Sequence record: SRR31156797_6573
Direction: 5' to 3' (one strand)
Length of the DNA: 64,000 bases
The position numbers were made by a program, and so were the translations under genes. Within the stretch, counting starts at the first letter, position 1, and the number at the start of each line of letters is the position of its first letter. Of the stretch, positions 16,281-26,507 are shown piece by piece. The notes below the pieces were generated by a model. It was given only the letters and a program-made list of their open reading frames with translations, was not told the DNA's origin and made no database searches.

Positions 16281-19200
16281 ATGGACAAACGACTCGGTAT
16301 TTCGGGTCGCATTGCCGCGGCCTTCCAAAACTCTGCTATGACACCTTTGCTCGCTTTGGTCGGGTTATTGATGGGACTGTTTGCCGTCATTGTGACTCCG
16401 AAAGAAGAAGAGCCTCAAATCGATGTGACATTTGCAGATGTGTACATTCCTTTTCCTGGTGCCTCTCCGGCTGAAGTTGAAAGCCTGGTGACCACACCCG
16501 CTGAACAAGTGATCTCTGAAATTCAGGGCATTGATAAGATCTACTCATTTTCTCAGCCTGATGGCGCGATGATTGTGGCGATTTTTGATGTTGGTGTTAC
16601 TCGTAATGATGCCGTGGTCAGAATCTATAACAAGCTGTATTCCAATAAAGACTGGATGCCACAGGGCGTGGGTGTCGGTGAGCCGATCATTAAACCGAAA
16701 GGGATTGAAGATGTTCCGATTGTCACCATTACTTTGGCAGATAAAAGCGGTGAGTACGATCAGCAACAGCTCACACAAGTGGCTCATGGTCTGGAAACCG
16801 AATTGAAGCGTATTGATGGTACGCGAGATATCTATACGGTAGGTGGCCACAACACGATCGTCGACGTGCGTCTTGATCCGGTCAAAATGAACAGCTTTGG
16901 TATCACGCTCGATCAACTTAATCAGAGCTTGCCTTCGGCGAACTCCAGTTCGACCATGCTGTCATTGACACACGACAATCAGCAGTTCCCCGTTCAGGTG
17001 GGTCAATTCTTAACTCGGGTAGAAGAAGTCAAACAACTGGTGGTTGGTCTTCATAACAATACCCCTGTGTACCTTGAAGATATAGCAACGGTTAAGTTTG
17101 GTGTTGATACGCCAACACAGAATGTTTGGACCATTGATAAACAGGGTATCTACCCAGCAGTTACTCTGGCTATCGCTAAGAAGGGTGGCGAGAACGCGGT
17201 AAACGTGGCGAAAGCGGTTGAATCACGTTTGGTTGAGCTTGAAAACCAACTGATTCCACAAGGCATCGATGTTGAAATCACCCGTGACTACGGTAAAACT
17301 GCGGCAGATAAAAGTAATACGCTTATCGGTAAGTTAGCGTTTGCGACCACAGCAGTGGTTATTCTTGTGGTCTTGACGATGGGATGGCGAGAGGCTGCGG
17401 TTGTTGGTATCGCGATTGTAGTGACTTTATTGATAACGCTTTTTGCATCTTGGGCATGGGGATTCACTTTAAACCGTGTTTCACTGTTCGCCTTAATTTT
17501 CTCTATCGGGATTCTGGTTGATGATGCCATCGTGGTGGTGGAAAACATTCACCGACATATGGCGATGGGTAAACAGAAATTAAGCGAACTGATCCCGCCT
17601 GCGGTGGATGAAGTGGGTGGCCCTACGATTCTTGCTACGTTAACCGTAATTGCAGCTCTATTACCGATGGCATTTGTGTCAGGCTTGATGGGGCCTTACA
17701 TGAGCCCAATTCCAATCAATGCTTCGATGGGGATGCTGATCTCTTTGGCGGTCGCATTCGTACTTTCACCTTGGCTAGCTGGCCACTTCTTGAAACCCGC
17801 AGCGCATGGTCATAAAGAAAGTGAATCGGCAAATTCTGTGTTCCACCGCATTATGTCGCCATTTGTTACAGCTAAACATCAAGGTCGTAACCGCGTGATG
17901 CTGCTGTTAGCGATTCTTGCTTTGATTGCGGGCTCTGTGATGCTTCCCGTGTTCCAAGCCGTGGTGCTGAAAATGCTGCCTTTCGACAACAAGTCAGAGT
18001 TTCAGGTTGTGCTTGATATGCCAGAAGGTACTTCGCTTGAAAGAACGCAACGTGTGCTTTTCGAAATGGGAGAACAGCTAAACAAAGTGCCTGAGATGGA
18101 AAGCTACCAAATCTATGCCGGTACTGCGGCACCGATTAACTTTAATGGTTTAGTCCGTCACTACTTTATGCGCAATCAAGCTAACCAAGGTGATATTCAG
18201 GTTAACCTCGCAGGGCATAAAGATAGAGATCGTGATAGCCATGAAATTGCCAGTGCGGTACGTCCGATATTAAAAACCGTGGCGGACAAGTTTGGCGGCA
18301 AGGTGAAAGTGGTTGAAGTACCACCAGGCCCGCCAGTTTGGTCACCAATCTTAGCGGAAGTTTACGGCCCGACACCTGAAATTCGTAACGCAGCGGCAAG
18401 ACACGTACGTGAAGTGTTCCGCTCTACACAAGATATTGTTGATGTTGATATGTATCTACCAGAACTACACCAGAAATGGCAGGTTGTGATTGATCGAAGC
18501 AAAGCATCACACTATCAAGTGCCTTACGCGTCAATCGTCGATGCTCTGGCAACATCGATTGGTGGTAAGCCTGTGACTTACTTGCACAGTGAACACAGCA
18601 AGTACCCGATCCCGATTCAAATTCAGGCCAGTGAAACAGCGAAGGTCCGTTTAGAGCAAGTACTGAATATGAAAGTGGGTAGCATGACGGGTAGCGCTTA
18701 TCCGCTGTCTGATTTGGTATCCGTTCGCCAAACACCAATGGAAGATTACATTGTTCATAAGAACATGGTTCCTATGGTGATGGTGGTGGGTGATATGGCG
18801 GGCAGTGTGGATAGCCCACTGTATGGCATGTTCAATGTGGGCAGTGAGCTCGATCGAGCGATGAGTGTTGATCAGTACTACATCAATCAACCTGATGGTC
18901 TAAACGGTATTTCTATTTTATGGGATGGTGAGTGGACGATTACTTACGAAACGTTCCGTGATATGGGTATCGCTTATGCTGTAGGTATGATTCTGATTTA
19001 TCTATTGGTTGTGGCGCAGTTTAAATCGTATCTGGTACCGCTCATTATCATGGCACCAATCCCACTGACCATTATTGGTGTTATGCCGGGGCACGCTCTG
19101 CTTGGTGCGCAGTTTACCGCAACATCAATGATTGGGATGATAGCGTTAGCTGGGATTATCGTTCGTAACTCGATATTGCTGGTGGACTTCATTAACCAAC

Positions 19201-19442
19201 AAGTTGAAGCGGGTATTGAGTTCTCGGAAGCGGTGATTCAGTCCGCTGCCGTAAGGGCTAAACCGATTATGTTGACGGCATTAGCGGCGATGATTGGCGC
19301 AGTGTTTATTTTGAACGATCCAATCTTTAACGGTTTGGCTATTAGTTTGATTTTCGGAATATTTGTCTCAACAATTTTGACTCTGCTGGTTATCCCTGTC
19401 CTATACTATGTGGTAATGAAAAGACGCTTCGAAGCACATTAA
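16281..19442 (+). CDS. RND efflux permease (AcrB/AcrD/AcrF family)
   Basis: 1053 aa, GILVDDAIVVVEN, RAKPIMLT. Confidence 0.93.
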   Translation: MDKRLGISGRIAAAFQNSAMTPLLALVGLLMGLFAVIVTPKEEEPQIDVTFADVYIPFPGASPAEVESLVTTPAEQVISEIQGIDKIYSFSQPDGAMIVAIFDVGVTRNDAVVRIYNKLYSNKDWMPQGVGVGEPIIKPKGIEDVPIVTITLADKSGEYDQQQLTQVAHGLETELKRIDGTRDIYTVGGHNTIVDVRLDPVKMNSFGITLDQLNQSLPSANSSSTMLSLTHDNQQFPVQVGQFLTRVEEVKQLVVGLHNNTPVYLEDIATVKFGVDTPTQNVWTIDKQGIYPAVTLAIAKKGGENAVNVAKAVESRLVELENQLIPQGIDVEITRDYGKTAADKSNTLIGKLAFATTAVVILVVLTMGWREAAVVGIAIVVTLLITLFASWAWGFTLNRVSLFALIFSIGILVDDAIVVVENIHRHMAMGKQKLSELIPPAVDEVGGPTILATLTVIAALLPMAFVSGLMGPYMSPIPINASMGMLISLAVAFVLSPWLAGHFLKPAAHGHKESESANSVFHRIMSPFVTAKHQGRNRVMLLLAILALIAGSVMLPVFQAVVLKMLPFDNKSEFQVVLDMPEGTSLERTQRVLFEMGEQLNKVPEMESYQIYAGTAAPINFNGLVRHYFMRNQANQGDIQVNLAGHKDRDRDSHEIASAVRPILKTVADKFGGKVKVVEVPPGPPVWSPILAEVYGPTPEIRNAAARHVREVFRSTQDIVDVDMYLPELHQKWQVVIDRSKASHYQVPYASIVDALATSIGGKPVTYLHSEHSKYPIPIQIQASETAKVRLEQVLNMKVGSMTGSAYPLSDLVSVRQTPMEDYIVHKNMVPMVMVVGDMAGSVDSPLYGMFNVGSELDRAMSVDQYYINQPDGLNGISILWDGEWTITYETFRDMGIAYAVGMILIYLLVVAQFKSYLVPLIIMAPIPLTIIGVMPGHALLGAQFTATSMIGMIALAGIIVRNSILLVDFINQQVEAGIEFSEAVIQSAAVRAKPIMLTALAAMIGAVFILNDPIFNGLAISLIFGIFVSTILTLLVIPVLYYVVMKRRFEAH

Positions 19443-19477
19443 ATAGCGAAAAGTCATACAATTTAACTTGTGTCACT

Positions 19478-19507
19478 ATGCCCCGCAGTGCAGCGGGGCA
19501 TTTTTTA
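19478..19507 (+). terminator. Rho-independent terminator
   Basis: ATGCCCCGC-AGTGCA-GCGGGGCAT followed by a T-run. Confidence 0.85.
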
Positions 19508-19510
19508 TGC

Positions 19511-20407
19511 TTACCAACTCAACTGAGTCGAGATAGGGCAGTGGTCACTCAGATGATATTGCAGTACGTCTTGGTCGTTATAGACGGTTTGCTTCGCTGG
19601 TGAAGCTGAAAGCCCCTTGCTCACGATGATATGGTCGATGACAGTACGGAATTGATGTAGATTTTTAGCATCATTGCGTTTGCGAACTTTGCATTCAGAT
19701 TTGGTGTGGCGAGAAACCAGATCGGGTGCTTGCTTTAACTTTCTTGTTAGTTCTTTCCACAGCCAATCACCGTTGTAACTGAGGTTATGGTTGAAGTCTC
19801 CCATAATGACATACTCTTGTCGCAACGCTTCACGTTGCTTAATCCACTGATTGAGTTTTTTTCCTTGTGTAAGCAGCGATTGGCAAGCTTTCTTCGTTGA
19901 GTAGAATTTAGCGGTACAGCCGGCTTTCAGATGCAAAGACAATGTGTGAACCGGCGTCTTACCGTCAGGATTCAAGATAACGTAAGCGGCAAAACGAAGT
20001 TTATGATTTCCCTTTCCATAGAGGTCGATATCTTTAGGGTCGCTAAATGGCACATTGTTGCGAATAGCGAATCCGGTGAACTGGTTGATATCAGAAAACG
20101 TATGGTTGCTGTGCTGAGGGAGGTACCTGTCAGAAAAGACGATGTGGTAGTCAGCGCTGCTAATTTTTTGAATGGCTTTAAAGCTGTCAACTTCCTGAAA
20201 CGCAATGACGTCGGCGTTAAGGCCATCAAAGTAAGATTTTAGAGTCGTAAAGTCTTTAGAATCTCGCTTAGCTTCATACACTTTATGGTTAGGGTTGGTT
20301 GTTAACCACTCCATATTCCAAGCGCTCATTTTAAGCTCTTGAGCATGTATTTCTATTGATGTAATTGTTAGTACTAAAGTGATTGTGAGAGCAAAAAATA
20401 AGCGCAT
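19511..20407 (-). CDS. Secreted endonuclease/exonuclease/phosphatase family protein
   Basis: Signal peptide, WNMEW, AFQEV, GDFNH, IDHI, SDHCP. Confidence 0.9.
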   Translation of the reverse strand: MRLFFALTITLVLTITSIEIHAQELKMSAWNMEWLTTNPNHKVYEAKRDSKDFTTLKSYFDGLNADVIAFQEVDSFKAIQKISSADYHIVFSDRYLPQHSNHTFSDINQFTGFAIRNNVPFSDPKDIDLYGKGNHKLRFAAYVILNPDGKTPVHTLSLHLKAGCTAKFYSTKKACQSLLTQGKKLNQWIKQREALRQEYVIMGDFNHNLSYNGDWLWKELTRKLKQAPDLVSRHTKSECKVRKRNDAKNLHQFRTVIDHIIVSKGLSASPAKQTVYNDQDVLQYHLSDHCPISTQLSW

Positions 20408-20569
20408 ATTACTGAACCTTATCGTCCTCGTTGCCGGAGCTCTTAATCTATCAAGCTTCGTAAAAATTCAACAACAGATATCACAATTTTTGCGGTTTGC
20501 AGCATTTCTTACAAGTTTGAGATCCCATGCTATAAGATTGCATCAATTCTGCTCATTGCTCTAAATTTG

Positions 20570-20583
20570 TTGATCTATATCAA
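20570..20583. promoter_or_regulatory. FNR box upstream of nrdD
   Basis: TTGATCTATATCAA = TTGAT-N4-ATCAA. Confidence 0.85.
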
Positions 20584-20614
20584 TACCAAATGTCGGTGTC
20601 GGAGTTTAAATACG

Positions 20615-20661
20615 CCACAACATATAGTGTCAGTTGGATAATAAAAAGCCCTATATAGTGT
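20615..20661. promoter_or_regulatory. Tandem NrdR boxes
   Basis: CCACAACATATAGTGT (20615) and AAGCCCTATATAGTGT (20646), 31-bp period. Confidence 0.75.
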
Positions 20662-20704
20662 GTTTGTGGATAACTCTGTGAGTATGCTGGGGTAAGGAGA
20701 AATT

Positions 20705-22825
20705 TTGAAACCTATCGTGATCAAACGTGATGGCTCTAAAGCCCCGTTTAACAGGGATCGTATTCAATCTGCAGTTGAAAGTGCCGCAGACCAAGTGGAT
20801 AAAGAGTTGGCAATTTATGCCCTGAATGTTGCACTTGCGGTTGAACTCAAATTGAAAGATTACGATGAAGTTCATATCGCTGAAATTCAGACAATGGTAG
20901 AGAACGAGCTAATGCAAGGTCCATATAAAGCATTAGCTCGTTCATACATTGAGTATCGCCATGATCGTGATATCTCTCGTGAAAAACAGAGCGCATTGAC
21001 CAAAGAAATCGAAGGCTTAATCGAAGAAAGCAATGCGGATTTGTTGAACGAAAATGCCAATAAAGATGGCAAAGTTATCCCAACCCAGCGTGACTTGTTG
21101 GCAGGTATTGTCGCGAAGCACTACGCCAAAACACGTATTCTGCCACGCGATATCGTGCAAGCGCATGAAGAGGGTGACATTCACTACCACGATCTTGATT
21201 ACGCCCCGTTTTTCCCGATGTTTAACTGTATGCTTATTGATCTTCAGGGCATGTTAACGCATGGCTTTAAGATGGGTAACGCTGAAATTGATACACCAAA
21301 ATCCATCTCAACGGCGACAGCAGTAACCGCACAAATCATTGCTCAGGTTGCAAGCCACATCTACGGCGGCACAACCATCAACCGCATTGATGAAATTTTA
21401 GCGCCTTACGTGACAGCAAGCTTTGATAAACACTTAGAGATAGCGAAAGAGTGGGATATCCACAGTCCTGAAGAGTTTGCTAAAGCGCGCACTGAAAAAG
21501 AGTGCTACGACGCATTCCAGTCACTTGAATACGAAGTAAACACACTTCATACGGCAAATGGTCAAACACCGTTTGTTACCTTTGGTTTTGGTTTAGGAAC
21601 TACTTGGGAATCTCGTCTGATTCAACAATCTATTCTCAAGAACCGTATCGCTGGTTTAGGCAAAAACAGCAAAACAGCGGTATTCCCTAAATTGGTCTTT
21701 GCGATTAAAGACGGCTTAAACCACAAGAAAGCGGATCCAAGCTACGATATCAAACAGCTAGCGCTGGAATGTGCGTCAAAACGTATGTACCCAGATATCC
21801 TGAACTACGACAAAGTGGTTGAGGTGACAGGCTCATTCAAAACGCCGATGGGATGTCGTAGCTTCCTGAACACTTATGAAGAAAATGGCGAGCTGATTCA
21901 CGAAGGCCGTAATAACTTGGGTGTTGTTAGCTTGAACCTGCCGCGCATCGCGCTTAAAGCAGACGGCGATATCAATAAGTTCTATGAGCTGTTAGATGAC
22001 AAGTTGAAACTGGCTCGCCGCGCTTTGGAAACACGTATCAGTCGTTTAGAAAAAGTGAAAGCACGTGTTGCGCCAATCCTATATATGGAAGGTGCGTGTG
22101 GTGTTCGTCTGAAAGCAGACGATTCGATCACTGAAATCTTCAAAAATGGCCGTGCATCAATTTCATTGGGTTATATTGGTGTTCATGAAACCATCACTGC
22201 ACTGTTTGGCGCTGACGATCATGTGTATGACGATTCAACATTGCGTCAGAAAGCGTTGGATATTATTCAACGACTGCGTGATGCGGTTGACCAGTGGAAA
22301 GAAGAAACGGGGTATGCATTTAGCCTTTACGGCACGCCAAGTGAAAACTTATGTAGCCGCTTCTGCCGCATTGACACACAAGAGTTTGGCGTTATTGATG
22401 GTGTCACTGACAAAGGTTACTACACCAACAGCTTCCACTTAGACGTGCAAAAAACAGTAAACCCGTACGATAAGATCGATTTCGAAATGCCTTACCCTGA
22501 AATTTCGAGCGGTGGTTTTATCTGTTACGGTGAGTTCCCGAACATGCAACGCAATATTGAAGCGTTGGAAAATGTGTGGGATTACAGTTACTCACGCGTA
22601 CCGTATTACGGTACGAATACGCCAATTGATGAGTGTTACGATTGTGGCTTTACCGGTGAGTTTGATTGTACCAGCAAAGGCTTTGTTTGCCCGAAATGTG
22701 GTAACCATGACTCTTCAAAAGTGTCGGTAACTCGTCGTGTTTGTGGTTATTTAGGTAGCCCGGATGCACGTCCGTTTAACTTCGGAAAACAAGAAGAAGT
22801 TAAACGTCGAGTGAAACACCTATAG
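20705..22825 (+). CDS. nrdD: Anaerobic (class III) ribonucleoside-triphosphate reductase
   Basis: ATP cone VIKRDG, MGCRSFL, CxxC...CxxC, RVCGYL glycyl radical motif. Confidence 0.97.
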   Translation: MKPIVIKRDGSKAPFNRDRIQSAVESAADQVDKELAIYALNVALAVELKLKDYDEVHIAEIQTMVENELMQGPYKALARSYIEYRHDRDISREKQSALTKEIEGLIEESNADLLNENANKDGKVIPTQRDLLAGIVAKHYAKTRILPRDIVQAHEEGDIHYHDLDYAPFFPMFNCMLIDLQGMLTHGFKMGNAEIDTPKSISTATAVTAQIIAQVASHIYGGTTINRIDEILAPYVTASFDKHLEIAKEWDIHSPEEFAKARTEKECYDAFQSLEYEVNTLHTANGQTPFVTFGFGLGTTWESRLIQQSILKNRIAGLGKNSKTAVFPKLVFAIKDGLNHKKADPSYDIKQLALECASKRMYPDILNYDKVVEVTGSFKTPMGCRSFLNTYEENGELIHEGRNNLGVVSLNLPRIALKADGDINKFYELLDDKLKLARRALETRISRLEKVKARVAPILYMEGACGVRLKADDSITEIFKNGRASISLGYIGVHETITALFGADDHVYDDSTLRQKALDIIQRLRDAVDQWKEETGYAFSLYGTPSENLCSRFCRIDTQEFGVIDGVTDKGYYTNSFHLDVQKTVNPYDKIDFEMPYPEISSGGFICYGEFPNMQRNIEALENVWDYSYSRVPYYGTNTPIDECYDCGFTGEFDCTSKGFVCPKCGNHDSSKVSVTRRVCGYLGSPDARPFNFGKQEEVKRRVKHL

Positions 22826-22832
22826 GTAAGCA

Positions 22833-23300
22833 ATGAACTACCATCAATATCATCCTATTGATGTGGTCAACGGACCGGGGACGCGCTGTACGTTGTTTGT
22901 CTCCGGTTGTGAGCACCACTGTAAAGGCTGTTATAACCAGAGCACGTGGTCGTTGCGCTCTGGTCATCCTTACACTCAAGAGCTAGAAGACCGTATCATC
23001 GCTGATTTAAACGATGAGCGTATTCCTCGTCGTGGGTTATCCCTATCCGGTGGTGATCCTCTTCATCCGGCAAATGTTTCTGCTGTTCTTCAACTCGTAA
23101 AACGAGTGAAACAAGAATGTGCTGATAAAGATATTTGGCTTTGGACGGGCTACTTGCTTGCAGAATTGAGCGAAGAGCAAAGACACGTTGTTGAACATAT
23201 TGATGTACTGATTGATGGCAAATTTGAACAAGCTCTCGCCGATCCCAGTTTAGATTGGCGTGGCAGTAGCAACCAAGTCATTCACTGTATAAAACTGTAA
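22833..23300 (+). CDS. nrdG: Anaerobic RNR activating radical SAM protein
   Basis: NGPGTR, CEHHCKGC, GSSNQ. Confidence 0.96.
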   Translation: MNYHQYHPIDVVNGPGTRCTLFVSGCEHHCKGCYNQSTWSLRSGHPYTQELEDRIIADLNDERIPRRGLSLSGGDPLHPANVSAVLQLVKRVKQECADKDIWLWTGYLLAELSEEQRHVVEHIDVLIDGKFEQALADPSLDWRGSSNQVIHCIKL

Positions 23301-23415
23301 TCATCAGCCGCACTTTACGCGGCTGATTTTCTTTCTAAACAAGCATCTTGAGGTCACTTGGGTATAGTGATACTTTTGAAATACTTCACTTGAATTTCAA
23401 AAGGCTGTGACTTTC

Positions 23416-24597
23416 ATGTTTTCTCATTTAACGGCTCCAACCCTCGATCCAATTATCTCTTTGTCTGCGGCTTTTCGTAACGATCCTCGTCCTGAAAAAG
23501 TGGACTTAGGCATCGGCGTGTACAAAAACAGTTTAGGCGAAACGCCAATCATGCGCTCAATCCAGCAGGCACAAGAGCTGGTGATGCAAAGTCAGAGATC
23601 CAAATCCTATGTGGGCTTAGCTGGATGTGAAGAATTTAACCAGTGCATGGTCGATCTGGTGTTAGGTGACTCTTCCGTTCAGGATCGAGTTTCTGTGATT
23701 CAGACTCCTGGCGCGAGTGGCGCACTGCGTATGCTGGCAGATTTAATTCGATTTGCTCAGCCAGAAACCACAGTTTGGTTAACTGATCCGAGCTATGTGA
23801 ATCATAAACCGATCATGGAAGCGGCAGGCCTTAACGTTAAGTTTTACAGCTACTTTAGCCCTAAAACTAAAATGGTGAATGCTGACCGCATGCTGGCTGA
23901 TCTCGCCCATGCTGGCCCAAAAGATGTGGTGGTTCTCCATGGTTGTTGTCATAACCCTACGGGCGCGGATATTGACTTCTCGGCTTGGCAAGCAATAACC
24001 GAACTTGCACAAAAAAATGGCTTTACCCCTTTTGTTGATATCGCTTATCAAGGTTTCGGTGAAGGTTTACAGCAAGATGCTCAAGGTCTCCGCTACATGG
24101 CAGAACGCGTGGAAGAGATGCTTGTGACCACTTCTTGTTCTAAGAATTTTGGTCTTTATCGTGAGCGAACTGGGGCTGCGATCGTATTGGGGAAAAATGC
24201 GACTGATGCAGCGAATGCGAAAGGCAAACTACTCGGTTTGGCGCGCACTACGTACACCATGCCGCCAGATCATGGCGCGGCACTTGTCAGAACCGTGTTA
24301 CAAAACGAACAGCTGACCGCCATTTGGAAGTCAGAGTTATCTGAAATGCAGCAGCGTTTGTTAACTCTTCGTCAAAGCTTATGTAACCAGTTGAGAAATC
24401 AGTACAATACTTCACAATTTGATTTCATAGAAAGCCACAAAGGTATGTTTACTATGCTAGGCTTAACATCAGACCAAATGGTACGCTTACGTGAAGAGTT
24501 TGGCATTTACGGTGTGGCTGATAGCCGAATAAATATTGCAGGCTTAACGGAAAAAGACATTCCCTATGTGGCGGATGCAATAATCAAAGTTTTATAG
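23416..24597 (+). CDS. Aspartate/aromatic amino acid aminotransferase (AspC/TyrB family)
   Basis: DLGIGVY, HGCCHNPTG, DIAYQGF, SCSKNFGLYRER. Confidence 0.92.
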   Translation: MFSHLTAPTLDPIISLSAAFRNDPRPEKVDLGIGVYKNSLGETPIMRSIQQAQELVMQSQRSKSYVGLAGCEEFNQCMVDLVLGDSSVQDRVSVIQTPGASGALRMLADLIRFAQPETTVWLTDPSYVNHKPIMEAAGLNVKFYSYFSPKTKMVNADRMLADLAHAGPKDVVVLHGCCHNPTGADIDFSAWQAITELAQKNGFTPFVDIAYQGFGEGLQQDAQGLRYMAERVEEMLVTTSCSKNFGLYRERTGAAIVLGKNATDAANAKGKLLGLARTTYTMPPDHGAALVRTVLQNEQLTAIWKSELSEMQQRLLTLRQSLCNQLRNQYNTSQFDFIESHKGMFTMLGLTSDQMVRLREEFGIYGVADSRINIAGLTEKDIPYVADAIIKVL

Positions 24598-24626
24598 ATA
24601 ATTTTTCAGTTTGATTAGGTGAACGA

Positions 24627-25325
24627 ATGAAACAACAATGGAAACTTTTAATTCCTTTGCTTCTAAGCGGCGGCTTGATGGCATGCTCTTCAACCTCTAA
24701 CGACGGTGATGTGAAGGAAGAAACAGCACAAGTTGAACAACCTAAGTCAGAGGTTTCGGAGCCAGCCAGAGATCTTGATAAGTATGAGACACTGACCCCA
24801 GAGGTTGAACCGATCGCAGAGCCACCGAAACCTGAGGTTAAACCAGAACAGAAGCCGAAACCGGATCCGAAGCCGCCAGTTGTTGATGCGAAGAAAACAG
24901 CTGATGGTCGCTTGATTCTTGGTGAACAAGAGTGGGTCTATGTGACTGGGTTAAAAGAGAACTTCCGTGCACGTATTGATACTGGTGCAACAACATCATC
25001 CGTCAGTGCGGTCGATGTGATTCCATTTGAACGTGACGGACAAGATTGGGTGAAGTTCAAAATTGCCCATGATGAGATCACCAGTAAGGAATTTGCTTTA
25101 CCCGTAGAGCGTTGGGTTGATATTCGTCAGTCAAGCGCAGAAGGTACACAGCGTCGAGCCGTTGTACTGGCTTGGATTCAAATTGGTGATGTGAAGGAAA
25201 AAACCGAGTTTACGTTAACCGATAGAAGCCACTTAACTTTCCCTCTTCTTTTAGGCCGCAGTTTCTTTAAAGATATCGCCTTAGTTGATGTGAGCCGTAA
25301 GTACATTCAGCCAAAACATAAGTAA
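24627..25325 (+). CDS. Lipoprotein, putative ATP-dependent zinc protease family (retropepsin-like)
   Basis: Lipobox LMAC, Pro/Lys linker, ARIDTGA, LLGR. Confidence 0.85.
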   Translation: MKQQWKLLIPLLLSGGLMACSSTSNDGDVKEETAQVEQPKSEVSEPARDLDKYETLTPEVEPIAEPPKPEVKPEQKPKPDPKPPVVDAKKTADGRLILGEQEWVYVTGLKENFRARIDTGATTSSVSAVDVIPFERDGQDWVKFKIAHDEITSKEFALPVERWVDIRQSSAEGTQRRAVVLAWIQIGDVKEKTEFTLTDRSHLTFPLLLGRSFFKDIALVDVSRKYIQPKHK

Positions 25326-25341
25326 GTTTGGTTGATGAATC

Positions 25342-25368
25342 TAGAAGCCAGCAAAAGCTGGCTTTTTT
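25342..25368 (+). terminator. Rho-independent terminator
   Basis: AAGCCAGC-AAAA-GCTGGCTT followed by T-run. Confidence 0.8.
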
Positions 25369-25419
25369 GTGCCCGCAAGTCTTGGATTGGTAAAGGGATA
25401 AATCATTATGTTGAGGCGG

Positions 25420-25806
25420 TTATGAGCACTGCTTAAATAGATAAATCCAATCGTCTGAGGATATCTCGTTCTTCTTGATTTTCAGGCGGTGGTAGCCTGA
25501 TTTGGTTAAAGACGTTACCTGAATATAGGAACAGCCAAACAGTGATTGTTTGTATTTTAACTCGGCAGGAATCTGATGAAGATAGACAGTTTCATCGACC
25601 ACAGATAAATGGCTTTTTCTTATTCGATTCCCCATCATTGTGACGACAGTTAAAACGATGACAGTGGTGGCATACGTACTCAGAGACCGTTCTGTATCGA
25701 AAGCCAATGAAATTATAGTGCTGAATACTGTGAATATGAATATCGCCATTAATACCTCTTTCCAGAGATGAGAGGGTGTGTTGATAAACTCAATTTTTCT
25801 TTTCAT
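25420..25806 (-). CDS. Hypothetical 2-TM membrane protein
   Basis: 128-aa ORF with two hydrophobic segments. Confidence 0.6.
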   Translation of the reverse strand: MKRKIEFINTPSHLWKEVLMAIFIFTVFSTIISLAFDTERSLSTYATTVIVLTVVTMMGNRIRKSHLSVVDETVYLHQIPAELKYKQSLFGCSYIQVTSLTKSGYHRLKIKKNEISSDDWIYLFKQCS

Positions 25807-25868
25807 ATGAAGCTAGCCGTAGACATCAGAAAGTAATTTTTAATCAATGGTTTATTTTATGATTGTTT

Positions 25869-26102
25869 TTATTGTTCAATTCGTTTTTCGCCGCAATGGC
25901 TGCAAATCAGGTGACGTTCAAACTCGTCCATCGACGCGACAAAAGCCCCAAGCATGCAGGATTTAATAAAGCCCGCGAAAAAGTCCTTAAATTGACTGTT
26001 TTCTTGGTTCTTGAAAGGGCTTTGTTTTCTGACTAAAACGACAACATGTTCTGTGTCGCTTTGGCATTTGTGACAGCGTTGAATTTCCGTGCTATGAGCC
26101 AT
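25869..26102 (-). CDS. Small zinc-ribbon-like hypothetical protein
   Basis: CHKC and CSHC pairs; GAGGA RBS. Confidence 0.65.
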   Translation of the reverse strand: MAHSTEIQRCHKCQSDTEHVVVLVRKQSPFKNQENSQFKDFFAGFIKSCMLGAFVASMDEFERHLICSHCGEKRIEQ

Positions 26103-26385
26103 GAGGATCCTCTACAGCAATGTTGTTGTGTTTAATAACGCTTTTGTGAACTACCAATATCGTTCATACACGAGGGAGAAAGGTTAACTCTGCTCATCGA
26201 AATTAAGCCGCGTTAATGAGATATAACCACTCTCTTAGTAAGGTTTGTCGAGATTGTTCGCATTTCTCCAAGATATCAACAAGGAAATTTTAGAGATTTA
26301 ATGTTATTCGATGAGGTTCTCGAATTTCAGTCTTGCTAATAGGTTAGGTGTTAACAGTCGAGTTAAGAAAACAAAACCCACTCTT

Positions 26386-26457
26386 CCATTCGTCATCAAT
26401 ACAGTCACTTCATCGCTCGCATCGACCATTAGTCGCATCGTTAAGCGCAGTTCAAGC
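26386..26457 (+). promoter_or_regulatory. Imperfect direct repeats with ~20-bp period, candidate LytTR sites
   Basis: CCATTCGTCA (26386), CACTTCATCG (26406), CCATTAGTCG (26426), CAGTTCAAGC (26448). Confidence 0.5.
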
Positions 26458-26507
26458 CACTCAAATAGTCTGTAACCATCAAATTACACGATATAAAGGA
26501 CAGTAAG

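Noticed and set aside
20705-23300. Functional link between nrdDG and the nucleotide-modification operon
   Set aside because: 13 kb apart; nrdDG has backbone composition and standard FNR/NrdR control
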